Source of the DNA: Trichoplax adhaerens
Lineage: Eukaryota; Animalia; Placozoa
NCBI RefSeq assembly: GCF_000150275.1
Contig: NW_002060943.1
Location: forward strand, 10,324,209-10,388,208
Direction of reading: 5' to 3'
DNA length: 64,000 nucleotides
Positions 50,369 to 64,000 of the stretch are shown here, in pieces. The first letter of the stretch is position 1, and each line of letters opens with the position of its first letter. The translations under genes and the position numbers were made by a program. The notes under the pieces are model-generated. The model made no database searches, was not told where the DNA came from, and saw only the letters and a list, made by a program, of their open reading frames with translations.

Positions 50369-50656
50369 ATGTATAGACGATATTTTACATCGGGCAGTGA
50401 AGCAAGCCGAGGCAAGATTACAATTCTGGAACGAGCTAAATTAAAACTGGCTACGACGATTATCAAACGCTACCCTCGCGGATTTTCGTCGCTAGCCGGA
50501 TTGCGATTTTTCATTTTGATCGCTTTCCTATCTTTATTAGTCATCATTACCACTTTAATTGTACTTATCTTAAGGACTACTAGTGGAGCATTTACGGAAG
50601 TTGACAGCAATAACTTTGACATTGATTTCCCTGGCTTCGAGAATCGATTATTCTAA
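50369..50656 (+). CDS. Single-exon 95-aa single-TM microprotein, unknown family
   Basis: MYRRYFTSGSEASRGK..RYPRGFSSLAGLR-FFILIAFLSLLVIITTLIVLIL-RTTSGAFTEVDSNNFDIDFPGFENRLF. It is GC-richer than its flanks and directly downstream of a promoter-type repeat array. Confidence 0.55.
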   Translation: MYRRYFTSGSEASRGKITILERAKLKLATTIIKRYPRGFSSLAGLRFFILIAFLSLLVIITTLIVLILRTTSGAFTEVDSNNFDIDFPGFENRLF

Positions 50657-53600
50657 TAAACATGGATGAAGATACGATGAATGCCGGTGAGATATTTGAG
50701 ACAGTACAATTGGTAGACTTGTAATGATTTTAACGTTTGTAAATTTTACTGACATGTTACCATACCGAATAATGAATAAAAGTTAATGTACTTTGACGAG
50801 AAGTATCATAGAAATATCTGACTGTATGTTAAACGTATACTTATATGCTTTGCGTCGACTACAGAACTAAAGACAATACTGTATACTAGAGCAGTCACTG
50901 TCAGTATATGTAAACTACTGTACAATGTGATAAAAACGTTGGTTATAATATACTGTATAATAAACAAGCACTACAGTACAGGTATATGAGTGATCGAAAT
51001 TGTTGATGATATATTACTATATCCTAAGCCTATATTAACGGTACATCAATCTCTATAAACTTAAAAATTATGGCGGTAAAGCTTTTGAAAAGTTGATACA
51101 GCTTTTATCAATAACTGTAACATAGTGTTGAATCCCAGTATACGCTTGTTAACTGCAATACTAAAAGCTTTTAATCAAAGGTATTAGATATCTACTGTAT
51201 TGTCAGACGTAAATACTATGCTATTTTTATAGCGAATATTGGTAAACTTATTCTTTTTATACCGAAAAGGATTCGCATGCTCTACCTGCTTCTGATCATC
51301 ATATTAATAATTATAATCAGTAGTGGTCAAAGTTTACTGACGATAATACAAAACTTTTTAAGATTATAACGCGCAGATACGCGTAGCACTATGCGTACCT
51401 AGCGAGAAAGTTTTTATTAATTAAATAATTCCAGGTCCCAGATGATCATCGTTTATTCACAAATTTTAGTTTACAGTGGCAGACTCTGGTAGCCTGCTCT
51501 GAATCCAACTAATATCAACAGATACAGTATAACTTTCTACAGTATTACATAATACAAGTAATAAATAATAAATAATAAAGATATATCACTGGTTGATCAG
51601 CCAGCGCAGCTGGTTACACGTATATAGACGACGGAGTACATAAACGGATCTAAATTCTACTACGATTAGAACTGTTGTTAATAAACAGTAGTTATACTAA
51701 CAGTTCTCGCTATATGAAGTCGATTCCAGGTTAAGATTTAAATTAGTTGCTTTAAAAGAATTCTCGTTATAGCATATTACAGTACGTGATTCAATTCCAG
51801 ATGGGTTGTTAACTGTAAATTCGAACAGTTTAGAAGTTTACAAATACCTTTTACCTTAAAGTAAGTAAGATGTTCATATCCGTGAAAGCATCATCTGAAC
51901 AATTTCAATCATCAATGATATAATGAAGCGTTCTATTTATTTAATCTATGTACGTAAAAATGTATTGGAATCTTGAGCTATCTTAAAACAGCAGAACGAT
52001 GCCATACTTTTGTTGGTATAAAATTATGGTATAGCATTTCTGAACGGTAGCCAAGGAGTTTAGCAATAGAGTATCGGGTTCAGTCGCTCCAAAGTCTCAA
52101 TGTTGAATCGAGCTGTACTCTGTACAGTATATCTATATTGTATGCAATCGCTTACACACACGTATAGTCCTTTTTTAGGATTGCTGTATTAGCAGGAGCT
52201 TAACCTTCAGCTTGGTAGTTACGTAGAAGTACAGTAGTATAGAGTAGATCCGTTAGATGTTTATCACATGTAATGGGAGCAAGTCAATCAATTAATGCTC
52301 CCTATCCACTAGCTTCACGAAGCATTAATTAATTTAATTTAATTTAGTCTATTGATCGATTTATTTATTACAATAACTTTAAAGTTAACCATTAACAAAT
52401 ACGGGTTTTTTATTTATTAGACTATTGTATATGTAGACATATTCAGATTTGAAACTATAATAACCACTTTTTAGTGCTACCACGCGTATAGTATACAATT
52501 ACATATTTAAAATTTATTTTTAAATAAGCCTTGAATGTTGATTGTCTACCGTTTTAAGATTTGGAATCTAGATTGTCAGAAAGAAAAGAAAGCTAACATG
52601 GAATGAATAACTATAATCATCACCTGCTTTGGTTTCGATTATTGAAGTTTATATTATCCATTACGTACTTCGCGATGATAACTTTAGTTTAAATTTCCTT
52701 AAAACCAAATTTATTACGGAGAGAAATCAAATGGGTAGTATTTAATTAAGAATGAACACTATTGATGTAAAATAAAAATTGTTTAGTCGCAATTCTTTCT
52801 TTCCTTTTCTTCCCTTGCCCAAGTGTATGTGAATCTCACACAAAAAAATTAATCTTGAAATACATGTATATGTATACATATTAATTATGATGTAATCAGT
52901 CATACTAATATCGTTGCATAGAGACTTTATTAACGAATGCTTGTCTTGGATTTGTTACCAAATGACGGATATGGCATGGCATTAAAAGCTCTCATTCTGA
53001 ATGCAATTATTTGTATTATTTCAGTGACTAATGCATTGTAGTTATTTATTTATTTACTGTCTCAAATGAATATATAACTCGTTATCAAATTTATTACTGT
53101 ATGTGTTCTGATATTGTGTAACACAATATTTATCTTAGGAATAAAAGCCATATCATCAAATTATTAATTAGTAATATTTTCTGCAGCTATCAGGATCACG
53201 TGCTAGGAAATTTTATTATTTTAGATGATGAGAATCTAAGAGTAAGGATGTATTAATATAGTAATTTATACTTTCATTCATGAGAGATTTGCAATGAATT
53301 GACAATTCATTGATTTAAAAGGAAAACGATAAATTAAGATAGATGAGTATGTCAAGTATACAGTACATCGAATAAGATTTCTTCGAACTGCTTTTGGCTG
53401 CATAACCAATCTTGACTGCTGTCTGCTTCATTAAAGAAATCTGATTACTTCTACATATACACTGCGTCACGCTTTTACTTGAATAGTGTCGGTTATAATA
53501 ATTACAATTAACTGGAGTCGTATATAGCATATACATAAATATCAATAATAGTTATAATCACTTTGCAGGCATTTAAACTGATTAAATAAGAAACAATCTA

Positions 53601-54101
53601 TAATATTCTCATTATACGCGTACTATTAATACAATATGACTAAAAGTTTTCTCATAAAATAATATATGAGGATGAATCATAAAATTTATTAAGCGAATGC
53701 TTTGGTCGGGCCAAAGTTATCCGAAGATAGTACATTGGATGACTTACTCATTGAATTAGTCAAAGAACAAGCGCAATTAATAATGATCAATAAGTCACAG
53801 CGGTGGCATGGTCTGTTGCATTGGATATATACAGCGGTTACCGTAAAATAGGTGAAATCAAGATACACAGCATAAAGTACTCAAATTTAATACATTAATA
53901 CGAAATTAAAGAAGGCAATACTGCGTCCCTATGCATACATAGGAACTGAATGTATCAACTTTTGTATCTTGATGTAGTGCGTGCCATAAATTGTATACAG
54001 TGATATATCGTATACGAATTGTAATAAAATTCTAGTCTGTAGGTATATTTCTTATGAGCGTCATGAACACAGACTCGTATCCTCTATCCATATTCTCTCA
54101 G

Positions 54102-56360
54102 CTAACTGCCTATAAAGTGATGAGATTAATTCACTTCGTAAAAATAATAGTTTTCAAGATTAATGTTAGTTCGAGTTGATATGGATAGATTCAATAATCT
54201 TAGAATTATAGTTATACCAATAAAGAAAATTTGTAAAGCTTATTGCCACATCTGCATTCCAGATATTCAATAGTGACTGGATTTAGATCTTCAAGATACT
54301 CCTCTAATTTCGTCTAAGAATTTGTAATAAATTGCATTAGCAGGTAAAGCAAAATGTACAGCTAGATTATTAAATTTTATTATTGAATGGACATTACCTG
54401 TAATTTGTTCATTATTGACTGATTAAACTTATCAACCTGATTTCCTGGGCACCAGCCAATACTGATATGAAATGAAGGTGGCTATAAAAAGTCATTAATA
54501 TTGTAAGATTTAAAAACAGTAGCGCAGATAGTCAATATGATAAAGCTGATCAAATAACAGAGTTGAAACCTATTGTCTTATATTAATTATCATTAGCGTT
54601 ACCTCGTAAAATGGCGGCAGTTGGTACTTTCGGAAGCATTCGTTAATAGAATTTGTGAGTGATCGCAACTACAGTAAGTATAATAATAGATAAGCTGTGA
54701 ATATCAATGTGTAGCTACTACTGTGCCATGATAAAGTGTACTAAATTCTTTTTACCTGCTCATAGCCACCGTAAATTTCTATTGCTAAAAAAGTTCTATG
54801 TAAGCGAAATCATATCAAATCAATACTCATACGTCAAAAACACATGCCTTATCAATTCCTAGAATCTAATAGTCAGGTTGATAAATACACTAATTCTACA
54901 CAGCTATATGAGGTCAGTTTTAGTATACCTTGTATAATCGTCATTTGGATAAACTGCGATCGAGTTCATATAACAGTTAAACCTATACAGGTTACGAGTA
55001 TTTTGACATCTCAGTTAGGATCTACATAGTGTAACAAATAACGACATTTAGCATCGTTAAAATTATTACCAACCTTGTCTTAGTCGTTAGTGCAGCCTTT
55101 ATATCGTTCATTAAAGGTTGCATAATGTGAAAGCCTATATGCACATTTTTTGATAAGCTGATGTGAAGTTCACCTTCTATAATTCTTTCAAGAGTAGGTA
55201 AGGCTGGCTTGGCTGTGCTGATCAAGTCAGCTACAACAACATCGAATAACCCTCCACCAGACACTTTGTACAAGATATTTAAACCATTATAGAATTAAAC
55301 AAATGAATCTGTATTATATACAGGGCAATATGCACTTAATAAGTAAATTCTGAAATCTTACTAATGAGAATAGAATGTGTAATATGCCAATAATTATATC
55401 TCGCCATACTGTACAATGATAAAATTAAAACATCTAAATATTAATCTGAATTACTGCGCTAAGCTGATATTCACTTAGTAACTGATGTGACTAACCAACT
55501 TGAATCCTATTCTACCATAGGATAAAATCTGTACGTACAATAATAATTAATTTTGTAAAATTGAAAAAATCGTATTCAAAAACTTCGTTTTCATAGTATT
55601 TTAAATGTAATTAACTCTATTAATATACATCATGTAAAAGCATATATTAAATTACGAAATGATATATGTATAGGAAGTATACAGTACATATATATTACTA
55701 CATTGCTTACAAGGGACACAAACATAAGTCAGCCATTTCCCACGATCTTGCGACATGTGATTCCTATAACTGGTGACATTAGATATGCTAGCGAGTTGGT
55801 TATCTTCTTTCTCTAAGGAGCAGCCATGAGTTTGATTTATTAATGCTACTTACTATTAAATTACGAATGATATACAATAGATGTAGCCATATAATACGGT
55901 ATGCGTATAAGATCTTGTACCTTCGCTGAACATTTGCAGAATGCTAGATGGAATATTTGGTGCATACCTAAGTTTTAACGTACGTATAAAACAATATTAA
56001 TAAATAACGATAACATTTCCGAGATTAAAATAAATAAATAATAAAACGACTTTATTATAGACCAGAAACACTACTGTAAAATTATTATTACAACTACTGC
56101 AAATTTGCTATCCATTCGAAGAAAATCGTTTCTTACTACGAGATATGTAAAGGATGCAATATCATTATGTCTATGAATTAACCTAATCGTACTACTTTAT
56201 CTCTCAATACTGTACTTTATAACGATGCATACTTAGGATTGCGTGTGTTTCCCTCACAGTTTATCCCATCATCAACCTTAGGCCGTGTTTGATTTTCTTG
56301 GTTATCGATATCTGATGAGCTCTCACTGTCGTAATCGTGACAAATTCTAAACAGAGCCAT
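54102..56360 (-). CDS. USB1: U6 snRNA 3'-phosphodiesterase USB1/Mpn1 (2H family)
   Basis: DYDSESSSD N-terminus, PNIPSSILQMF, DRGKWLTYVCVP, two HxS motifs (LHISLSK; FHISIGW) and a C-terminal ECRCGNKLYKI. The last exon is uncertain (stop at 54102, or read-through to about 54127). Confidence 0.88.
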
Positions 56361-56419
56361 TTGCTGTCATTTTGTAAGTTGCTCGTCAAGGGAGCGCAGG
56401 CCGGCGTCGCCTTGAGCCA

Positions 56420-56870
56420 AAGTACTGTACATACAGTGTACAGTACACTGTACGATACTGTACTACAGTACTGTACTGTACTGTACAGTATACTGTCTGC
56501 AGTTTATCAATGCGCAGTACTGAACTTACCAATATTATTGTAGTACAGTACAGTACCGTACGATGGAGTCCATGACTGTACATACTGTACTGTACTGTAC
56601 AGTATCATGGCTGTGTACTGTACTGTAACTGTACTGTACAGTGTACAGTACAGTACAGTACTAATCTTTTTAGTAAGTACTGTAGTCCATTACTATCACT
56701 GACTACTGTACAGTACAGTACACTGTATTCGTAGTCTACAGTACATACTGTGGTCGATGGTGTACTGTACTGTACTGTACAGTACAGTGAGTTAGGGTCC
56801 CTTTTTTACAGTACTGCACAATTTACTCTACCTTACTGTACTGTACTGTACTGTACACGGTATACGGTAC
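56420..56870. repeat. CAGTA/TACTG array filling the USB1-ARL2BP head-to-head promoter
   Basis: Near-continuous actgt/acagt units occupy most of the ~545 bp between the two ATGs. Confidence 0.92.
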
Positions 56871-56904
56871 CTGAGTAGACAACTAGACGGCAAAAAGCAT
56901 CACC

Positions 56905-59900
56905 ATGGCGGCAAATCGTCCAGGTACTTCTATTTTGATAGATTAAGAAAATGCAAGGAAATAACTTAATATCCTATACAGCAACCTCAGTGGTAGTTTG
57001 TACACTGATAATTAATAGAAATTACTGCTGTGCAATATTCAGTTAATAATCTACAGAATTCTTCTACTCATGCCTGACGCAAAGGCATTGCGATATGGAA
57101 AGTGCGCGATATCAGTAATAGCTAACACAAATTCAAGCGCAAAAGCTTAAAATATCAGTACGTAAATCCACACGTTGATTCACTGTACTGTATATCGTCT
57201 ATCCTCTTAAGTGTATATAACGAAAATAAAACTTCTAAGGCAAAAGACGATATTCTGCACAAGATTATTAAAATCTTTATAAATCCTTGTCATGTAAAGG
57301 AACTAACGTTGCGATTAATAAAATAGAATAAATTTGATTAATCGTTGATGTTTGCTATTATTTCTAATGTTGTAGATGAGGTCGATTTAAATTTTGAAGA
57401 AAACATTGTTATTGGCAGGTAATGTCGATTAAAATTATTTAGGATAACCCCAATTATGATATACTGTATCCACTGGTAGTATCATGAAGTAATTTAAAAT
57501 CTAATACCTTAAGATAGTTTCGGTACTAGAATTAAAAGTACCACAAGTACGAGTGATATATAGCAACAGACACACTATTATATTCTTAAAGATTTATATA
57601 TAATGATGACTTGATAATTACTGATGGCACTGACGCTATTTATATTCATTTTATCTGTACAATATTCATACTGATGGCGTTATAACAGTTATATTACGCG
57701 AGTATATTGTAATGTTAGACCTAATGCAATATTTCATGATATTTTTTCAGGTCCAACAGACAAGATGCTAAATTTGATACAATTATTGGTCATTTAGAAG
57801 ATATTATTATGGGTATGAATTTATCGGTAGTTCATGATAAAATTATGCATATACATAAAAATGCTTGAAGACCATACTTACATTGTTACCATGCGATAAC
57901 TATAAGCTAAATGAATATTTTTCTCTTACGTTACTACATTTACATCCATCTAGTGTTTAGAGAAATGAACATAATTACTAGCTATTCTCGTAGTAATTTT
58001 ATTATGTATACAATACATGATAAATGATGATGCCGTAAATCACTATAGGTAGTTGCCCGTTGCCATATCTAATTCTGATCAAGTAATTACATTAAAATAT
58101 TACTCAGTGGATTTTGAATTAAAACTAAAGACCATGTCATGCTTATTAGCACCCAATGATGAACATACATTTATCATGCTGTAAACTAGTTGATTTATAT
58201 ATCGCAGACATTACTCAATATATCTTTTAAAGAAGTTCTAATACGCGTTTCTAAATTAGCATTTGGACAAAACAAATGTCTCATTGATCAGTCATGAGTC
58301 ATTAGCTCATTTTTATAGATTTTTTTTATGTCATTAATTGCTCCACTATAATTCTGCTAGCGAAATCTTTTCATGAGACAGTTTTGACAAAGTAATGAGA
58401 TAGCTTTCTTTAATGGAAAATATGTAGACTTTAACTTAAATATAATAATTACGCATATATATATCAATTAATTATAATTATCGACGTTAGAGGTTACGTT
58501 TTCCTTACCATTAGTTGATTAATATGTAAATGCCTTATTGTCAATACTCTGTTGTAAGTTACGCAATATAAGTCATAATATCCTCATAGGATTTTGTAAT
58601 TCTTTAACAGACGGTAAGTTAATGATATCTAATAGTATGAATAATATTGTGTTGTCTTATCCTGAAGCAACTGGTATGCATGTAAATTCTATGTATCTTA
58701 CCAGCTTATTCGAATAAGAAATGCTAACCGATCTTAATTTTAGAGGATGAATTTCAACAAATGGAAAGTGATTTCATGGAAAAGTACTATATGGAGTTTG
58801 AGAATACCGAAGAGAATAAGCTTATCTATACTGATATCTTTAATGAATATGTAAGTGTTTTATGTGTTACAGAATTTCTCTTTACGCTAAGAGTTTATAG
58901 TCATATTGCACACTTTAATAGGTTTTATCCGGCACTTAGCACATAAGGCAAAGGCTTTGTAAAATATTAACTACCAAGAAATTGTAATTTAAGTGTGATA
59001 CAAGATTACTTTCTTAGGTTAGTACTATTGAAAAATACACAGAAGAATCATTACGAGCACGGATGCCTAATTTTTCAATGAAAGAATTTATGAAGATGTT
59101 ACAGTAAGTGCTACTGAAATTAGACACAATCGATACGGAAAATTCACTTTGTGTGATATTGTATATTTGTATAGAGCATGCTATCTATTATAAACATTAT
59201 CGTTCTATCGAAATTGTTACAGCACACCTAGTTTTACATCTGTTTGTTGTCATGGCGCTTTCAATACTGCTTCATTCGGATATTCTCGATTAGATGTAGT
59301 AATACGTGCTATAGTCTGCTTTTAAATTAAATAAATCGGAAATACTGTACTAGTTATTTGCTTTATGAAGGTATGTAAATATTCATTTATTAAATTTTAT
59401 GTTTTGTAAATGTTACTAGTTATCACTTGTAAGCCAATTGATTAGAATATTTAATTTCTTTTATTCTTATAAGATCTCGTCAAGATCAAATTGAAGGAGA
59501 AATTTTCGACATGTTGACATCCTTCACGGACTTTTTAACATTCAAGGAAAAATTTTTAGATTACAAAGCTGTACGTTTAATACGCTATTGCAAAATTTCT
59601 GATATTACCGGTATTATCTTCTATTTGAATCTATTGACGCCCAAAAAAGATATATTACCGTACTAATGATATATAAAAATAACTTTCGTCAGCTTTAGTT
59701 TAAAATAATTAAATTCATTATGAGCCACAGTAGCTCAATACCTTATAGTGCTAGAGATTATCAATTTCTAGATGCATTGCAACTATCTTTAATTGATCAG
59801 ATACAAGCGTTCCGACGCTTAAATAATAGCATATAATTGTTTGCATCTTGTATAAACTAAATCAGTTTAATTGAATGTTAACAATTTAGAGTAATAGAGC

Positions 59901-60299
59901 AAAGAAGGTACTGTTCCTGATCTTAGCATTGGTCCGTCTATTTCATCTATAACAATCAATCGTAATATGGGTCGTGCGAACCCCAACTTTACTATTTGCA
60001 ATCAGAGTTCGCAAGCAGTCCCTATGACCTCCGTAGGATTTCCTGCAACTGTAGTTTCCAATCTACCGATTAGTCAATCCCCTGTCGGTGGTACCGGTAC
60101 TACAACCGATAGATTACAAGATATCAACATAGACCAACAATCAATGTCTACAAACGATTCACCGATTGATATAGAAAACAAACATGCAACCAGCTCCGAT
60201 TTTGCAATTGGAAATCAAAATACAGTGAATGTTCATCACCAGGAATTAATCGATCATTCGGAAGACTTACTAGAGCCACCAGAAAGCATGGAACTATAG
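56905..60299 (+). CDS. ARL2BP: ARL2-binding protein (BART) with a C-terminal extension
   Basis: DAKFDTIIGHLEDIIM-EDEFQ..FMEKYYMEFENTEENKLIYTDIFNEY..LRARMPNFSM..GEIFDMLTSFTDFLTFKEKFLDYKA-SKEGTVPDLS; stop at 60297-60299. Confidence 0.93.
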
Positions 60300-60856
60300 A
60301 TAATTATAATTAAAAAATAAACTGCTGTACATGCTACCAAATACGCTAATGTGTTTACAGAAGCGTTAAAAACGTGAAAGTGGCGTTTAGGCGATGTTTG
60401 AGACATGGCATTATCTTCATTAGCTTCCTGATAGGAATAGTTAAAAAAGCGTCAAAGGATGTTTTCTATCTTACCAGGTGGAGTTCTACTGTAATTACAC
60501 AAATACTTAAATGTATCCTTGTGGACAACAAGATGATCCTTGTTTCCCTGGTTGTTGAAAATCATAGGCATGATTACTATTATATTAACATTTTTATACA
60601 TTTATCATATAGTATTTAATCGATTCTTCGACTTTTTTACAGCTTCAAAAAACGTAGCTAAATTTAATATAACTGATTATTCAATTCATTTATGAAAGAG
60701 GTATTGTTCATTAACATTTGCTAGCAATATGTGTTATTACTTCATCCTGTACATGTTTAATTAAGATACTTAGGAAAAATATCATTAATAAATTTCAGTG
60801 GCGGACGTGATACGAATGTTTACTGCTAATACACATTTCGAGTACATATGATAAAT

Positions 60857-63800
60857 TTAATTCATGAGGAGTTCTATTTGTACAAGACGTGAGTTGGTAT
60901 CTCCTGGAATACGATAGGATATCATTCCGGCAAAAGTGATTAATGTACGGGCCTGACGACGTATTTCTTTAACATGCTGGAAATGAAAAAATACATCCAT
61001 TTCAAGCAATGAAACGAAATCAGCTGTGAAAATATCTTTCATTTTATAATTAACTATAGTCTAACACTTCATACCATATCTCTGCCCCCATCATTTGCTC
61101 GAGATGTCAGCAAGGGATTTTGTATACTTCCAGGTCTATAATGTTCAGTTATGAGTGAAAATAAAACATCTTCTTTAGTTCCGATATTGATGTACAGTAT
61201 AAGTAAAATGGACCCTCGGGCGAACCTGATAGATTCATACTGAGCGTACAGGATATTCATCGTTGCTAACAATACTTGAGGAATATTTCGTTTTATCTAA
61301 GAGATAAATTAAGCAGGTACGGCTTTAATATATTGGCGTACCATATATACCTAATCACAAGCTACTACTTGTGTAATAGAGTATCATCTCATCAATTGAA
61401 CCTCATCAGCAATTTGTTTAAAGGAAGCAACTTTTTGTTCCACAGTATCATCAATCTCTAAAGGTAGTATACCAATTTTCTTAACAACCTAATAAATAAA
61501 ATACGTATATAATTGTATACACTCAACAATCAGTTATGATTAAAATATACAAATTGCTTGCTTACATCAAGGGCCTGTTCGTAATTATGACCGTGAAATA
61601 AGTCGAAGAACAGCATCACATCCAAAAGTATATATAGTGCTTTAAGACGTACTCGACTTGCGAAATGGCCAAGCGATTTGAAGCTGTGTCGAAGATACAT
61701 AGTTTATGAATGAAAGGGTCATACAAGCCAAAATTTAAATATTTTTCAATATGCATATCACACTTGAGGGTATCATACCGTTGAGCGATAGAAACAGCCA
61801 AATCCTGTAACCGAGATCTTGTGTTATCACTGTCATTCGATTTCGGTACGACCTGCAAGTTAATTTAACATTCAAAAGGTAAAATATTATGAACTTAAGT
61901 CAAAAAAGTACCAGGATCAGTGTAAAATATCAAAGCATAATACCTGACTAAGAAGTCTGTTAAGAATTTCCAAAACTTTTTCATGATTCTGAAGGCATGC
62001 AACAGATTAGATACAGTACATAAGCATGTTTAGATAACTAAAGAGCTACGTAGCAGCAGGTACATCAGCGAACTAGGGCGTTATACCTTTGCTAAGTCAT
62101 ATAACTTAATAGCTTCTTCAAATAGTCCTTTCTTTTCCGACTCAACGGCAACTTTTTCAATAACCGCCTTTGCACCACTTATGTAAAATTTATCTATACA
62201 GCCAAGCTAAAAGTTGTAGGATAAGGTTACTGTAATAATAGTGAACATTGCTGGTGAATTTTTCAACTAACTTTTTTACTTCCATCGCTGTTTAAGCTGC
62301 CTAGAAGCATATCAAATTCTCTGGTTTCCAAAGCCAATTCGCTTAACGAAGACTCAAAAACATCTTCACCTTGAGGGTTTTTTATTCCTCTAAAAATGTA
62401 CATTGTAGGAGTCAGTCACTGGTGATCATTCGTTCTCAAATTATATACGTACTTCAATAAATATAGATATTGTAGCGCTTCTCTTGTATTTGTGCCTTCG
62501 AATTTTCTTATGTAGGACATTATTAAACGACAAAAATTCAAACGTCGAGAAGGCTGAGGATCCGAAGGTTCTACTGTAACTGAAAGATAGCCAGGCAAAT
62601 AAAAAACGTTAGTTAGATTTAGTGATTGTATTTATGTAATAAAGTGTCTATCGAAACGCAACGACTTCCACAACTTGAAGGAAAATCACTTTATTACAGT
62701 AGTTACGTCTTCTACCAAGGACTAGATTATCTATAGCTACTCTGTCTTCGGAGATAAAATCTCCTACTTATATACAATTGTGTACAGAGTATCTTCTTGA
62801 CACATAAATCATTATCTACCTTAATAAGGCTAACATCACACCTCTAGCGTACCTGGAGGTGCCAAGCAGTATGACTAATAACTTTTACAATCCGTATTGC
62901 AATTACTAATACAAATCCTCACATATTTAATCTCACTCTACGATCTAGCACCTATACAAGTGTATCTATCTTAATTAGCCTAGTAATTACGTCATGCACG
63001 ATATTCACACATACTGTATATAATCTTAAGCTATATTTGGGCTGCACTACAATTTAATAACGAAGTCTTACGTAATTGTGATTGGGATGACTTAGACAAA
63101 GAGAGTATATGGGCTTCATATAATGAGATGGCAAAATGGATACTATGAGTTCGATATCTAGCGATCCTAAATAAAAACTCGATAGCCTGAATATATTTTC
63201 AGATATATCGGTTATGCAAAGACATTAATGTTAGGAACAGTGAGCTATGAAAAGATCTTGAATACAATCGAATAAAGAATACTAACATACCGCTTCAAAC
63301 TGCATTGTAAGAAGAAGCACTCTGAAGTACAGTAACGGTTGTTGATATGCATTAAAGTGAGATTCTCCTGAAGAAAGAAACAGGAAAACCGTATACTATT
63401 AGCAGCTAAATTAAATGAACACTGCATAATTATATAAAATGGAGATATACCATAATGATCTATCAGTAACGTTTGCAGTTGAGGAAGTGTAAAAACCTCC
63501 TGAGATTGACTGTTGTCTTCGTTTGGTCTAAGTTGACAGAGCTAATATAAAGTGGAGATCGAATTTCGTTACTAAGAAATGACGTGGACAACATTTATGT
63601 ACGTATTAGATATAGTAATTCCATGCCTTAAGCCAAATATAATCTTCTGTTTTAGTTGCAACTTCAGCGTGACTATCAGTCGGGTCACAACTTCCCACAA
63701 TACAGTAAACAATTCTACAGCAAAGGTATAATAAGACCAAGGTTACAACTGTAGCAGAACAATGATGACAATTACTAGTAAATTCTATAACTTACAACCG

Positions 63801-64000
63801 AAGCTAACTTAAGAGAAAATGACTATCATACATTATAATTATATATAAAAGCCAGTACATGATTGTATTATTATTAATTTAAAATCGGTAATTCTTGACA
63901 ATCTGTTAAAATATCCATTTAAAAGGATAATATCCTTCTATTTGAAAATTGAGCTGACCCAATTATAACTCATAATGTAAATAACAAACCAGCCATAAAT
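60857..64000 (-). CDS. NUP93: Nucleoporin NUP93/Nic96, 3' exons (starts beyond the right edge)
   Basis: [70 protein letters not shown], and the C-terminus [32 protein letters not shown]. Confidence 0.95.

Overview
AT-rich, compact, intron-rich animal genomic DNA. Gene content and short introns suggest an early-branching metazoan such as the placozoan Trichoplax (inference). I reconstructed spliced genes by hand: SPT16 (-, 5' part only), a compact HOIP/RNF31 linear-ubiquitin ligase (+), a myristoylation-motif tandem-SH2 adaptor without a kinase (-), PIGU (+), ZC3H3 (+), a single-pass Frizzled-CRD receptor without a kinase (-), a selenocysteine thioredoxin-glutathione reductase with its SECIS (-), a 95-aa single-TM microprotein (+), USB1 (-), ARL2BP (+) and NUP93 (-, 3' part only). 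The most unusual signals are: (i) a self-complementary CAGTA/TACTG pentamer array in all four head-to-head promoter intervals and upstream of ZC3H3; (ii) a recurrent ATGGACTACTAAA motif; (iii) two unannotated hairpin-rich ncRNA candidates downstream of that motif; (iv) two signalling proteins that have lost or never had a kinase domain; (v) ancient synteny with the human 8q/14q11/16q/20q paralogon. Exon boundaries come from manual GT-AG and frame reading, without transcript data.
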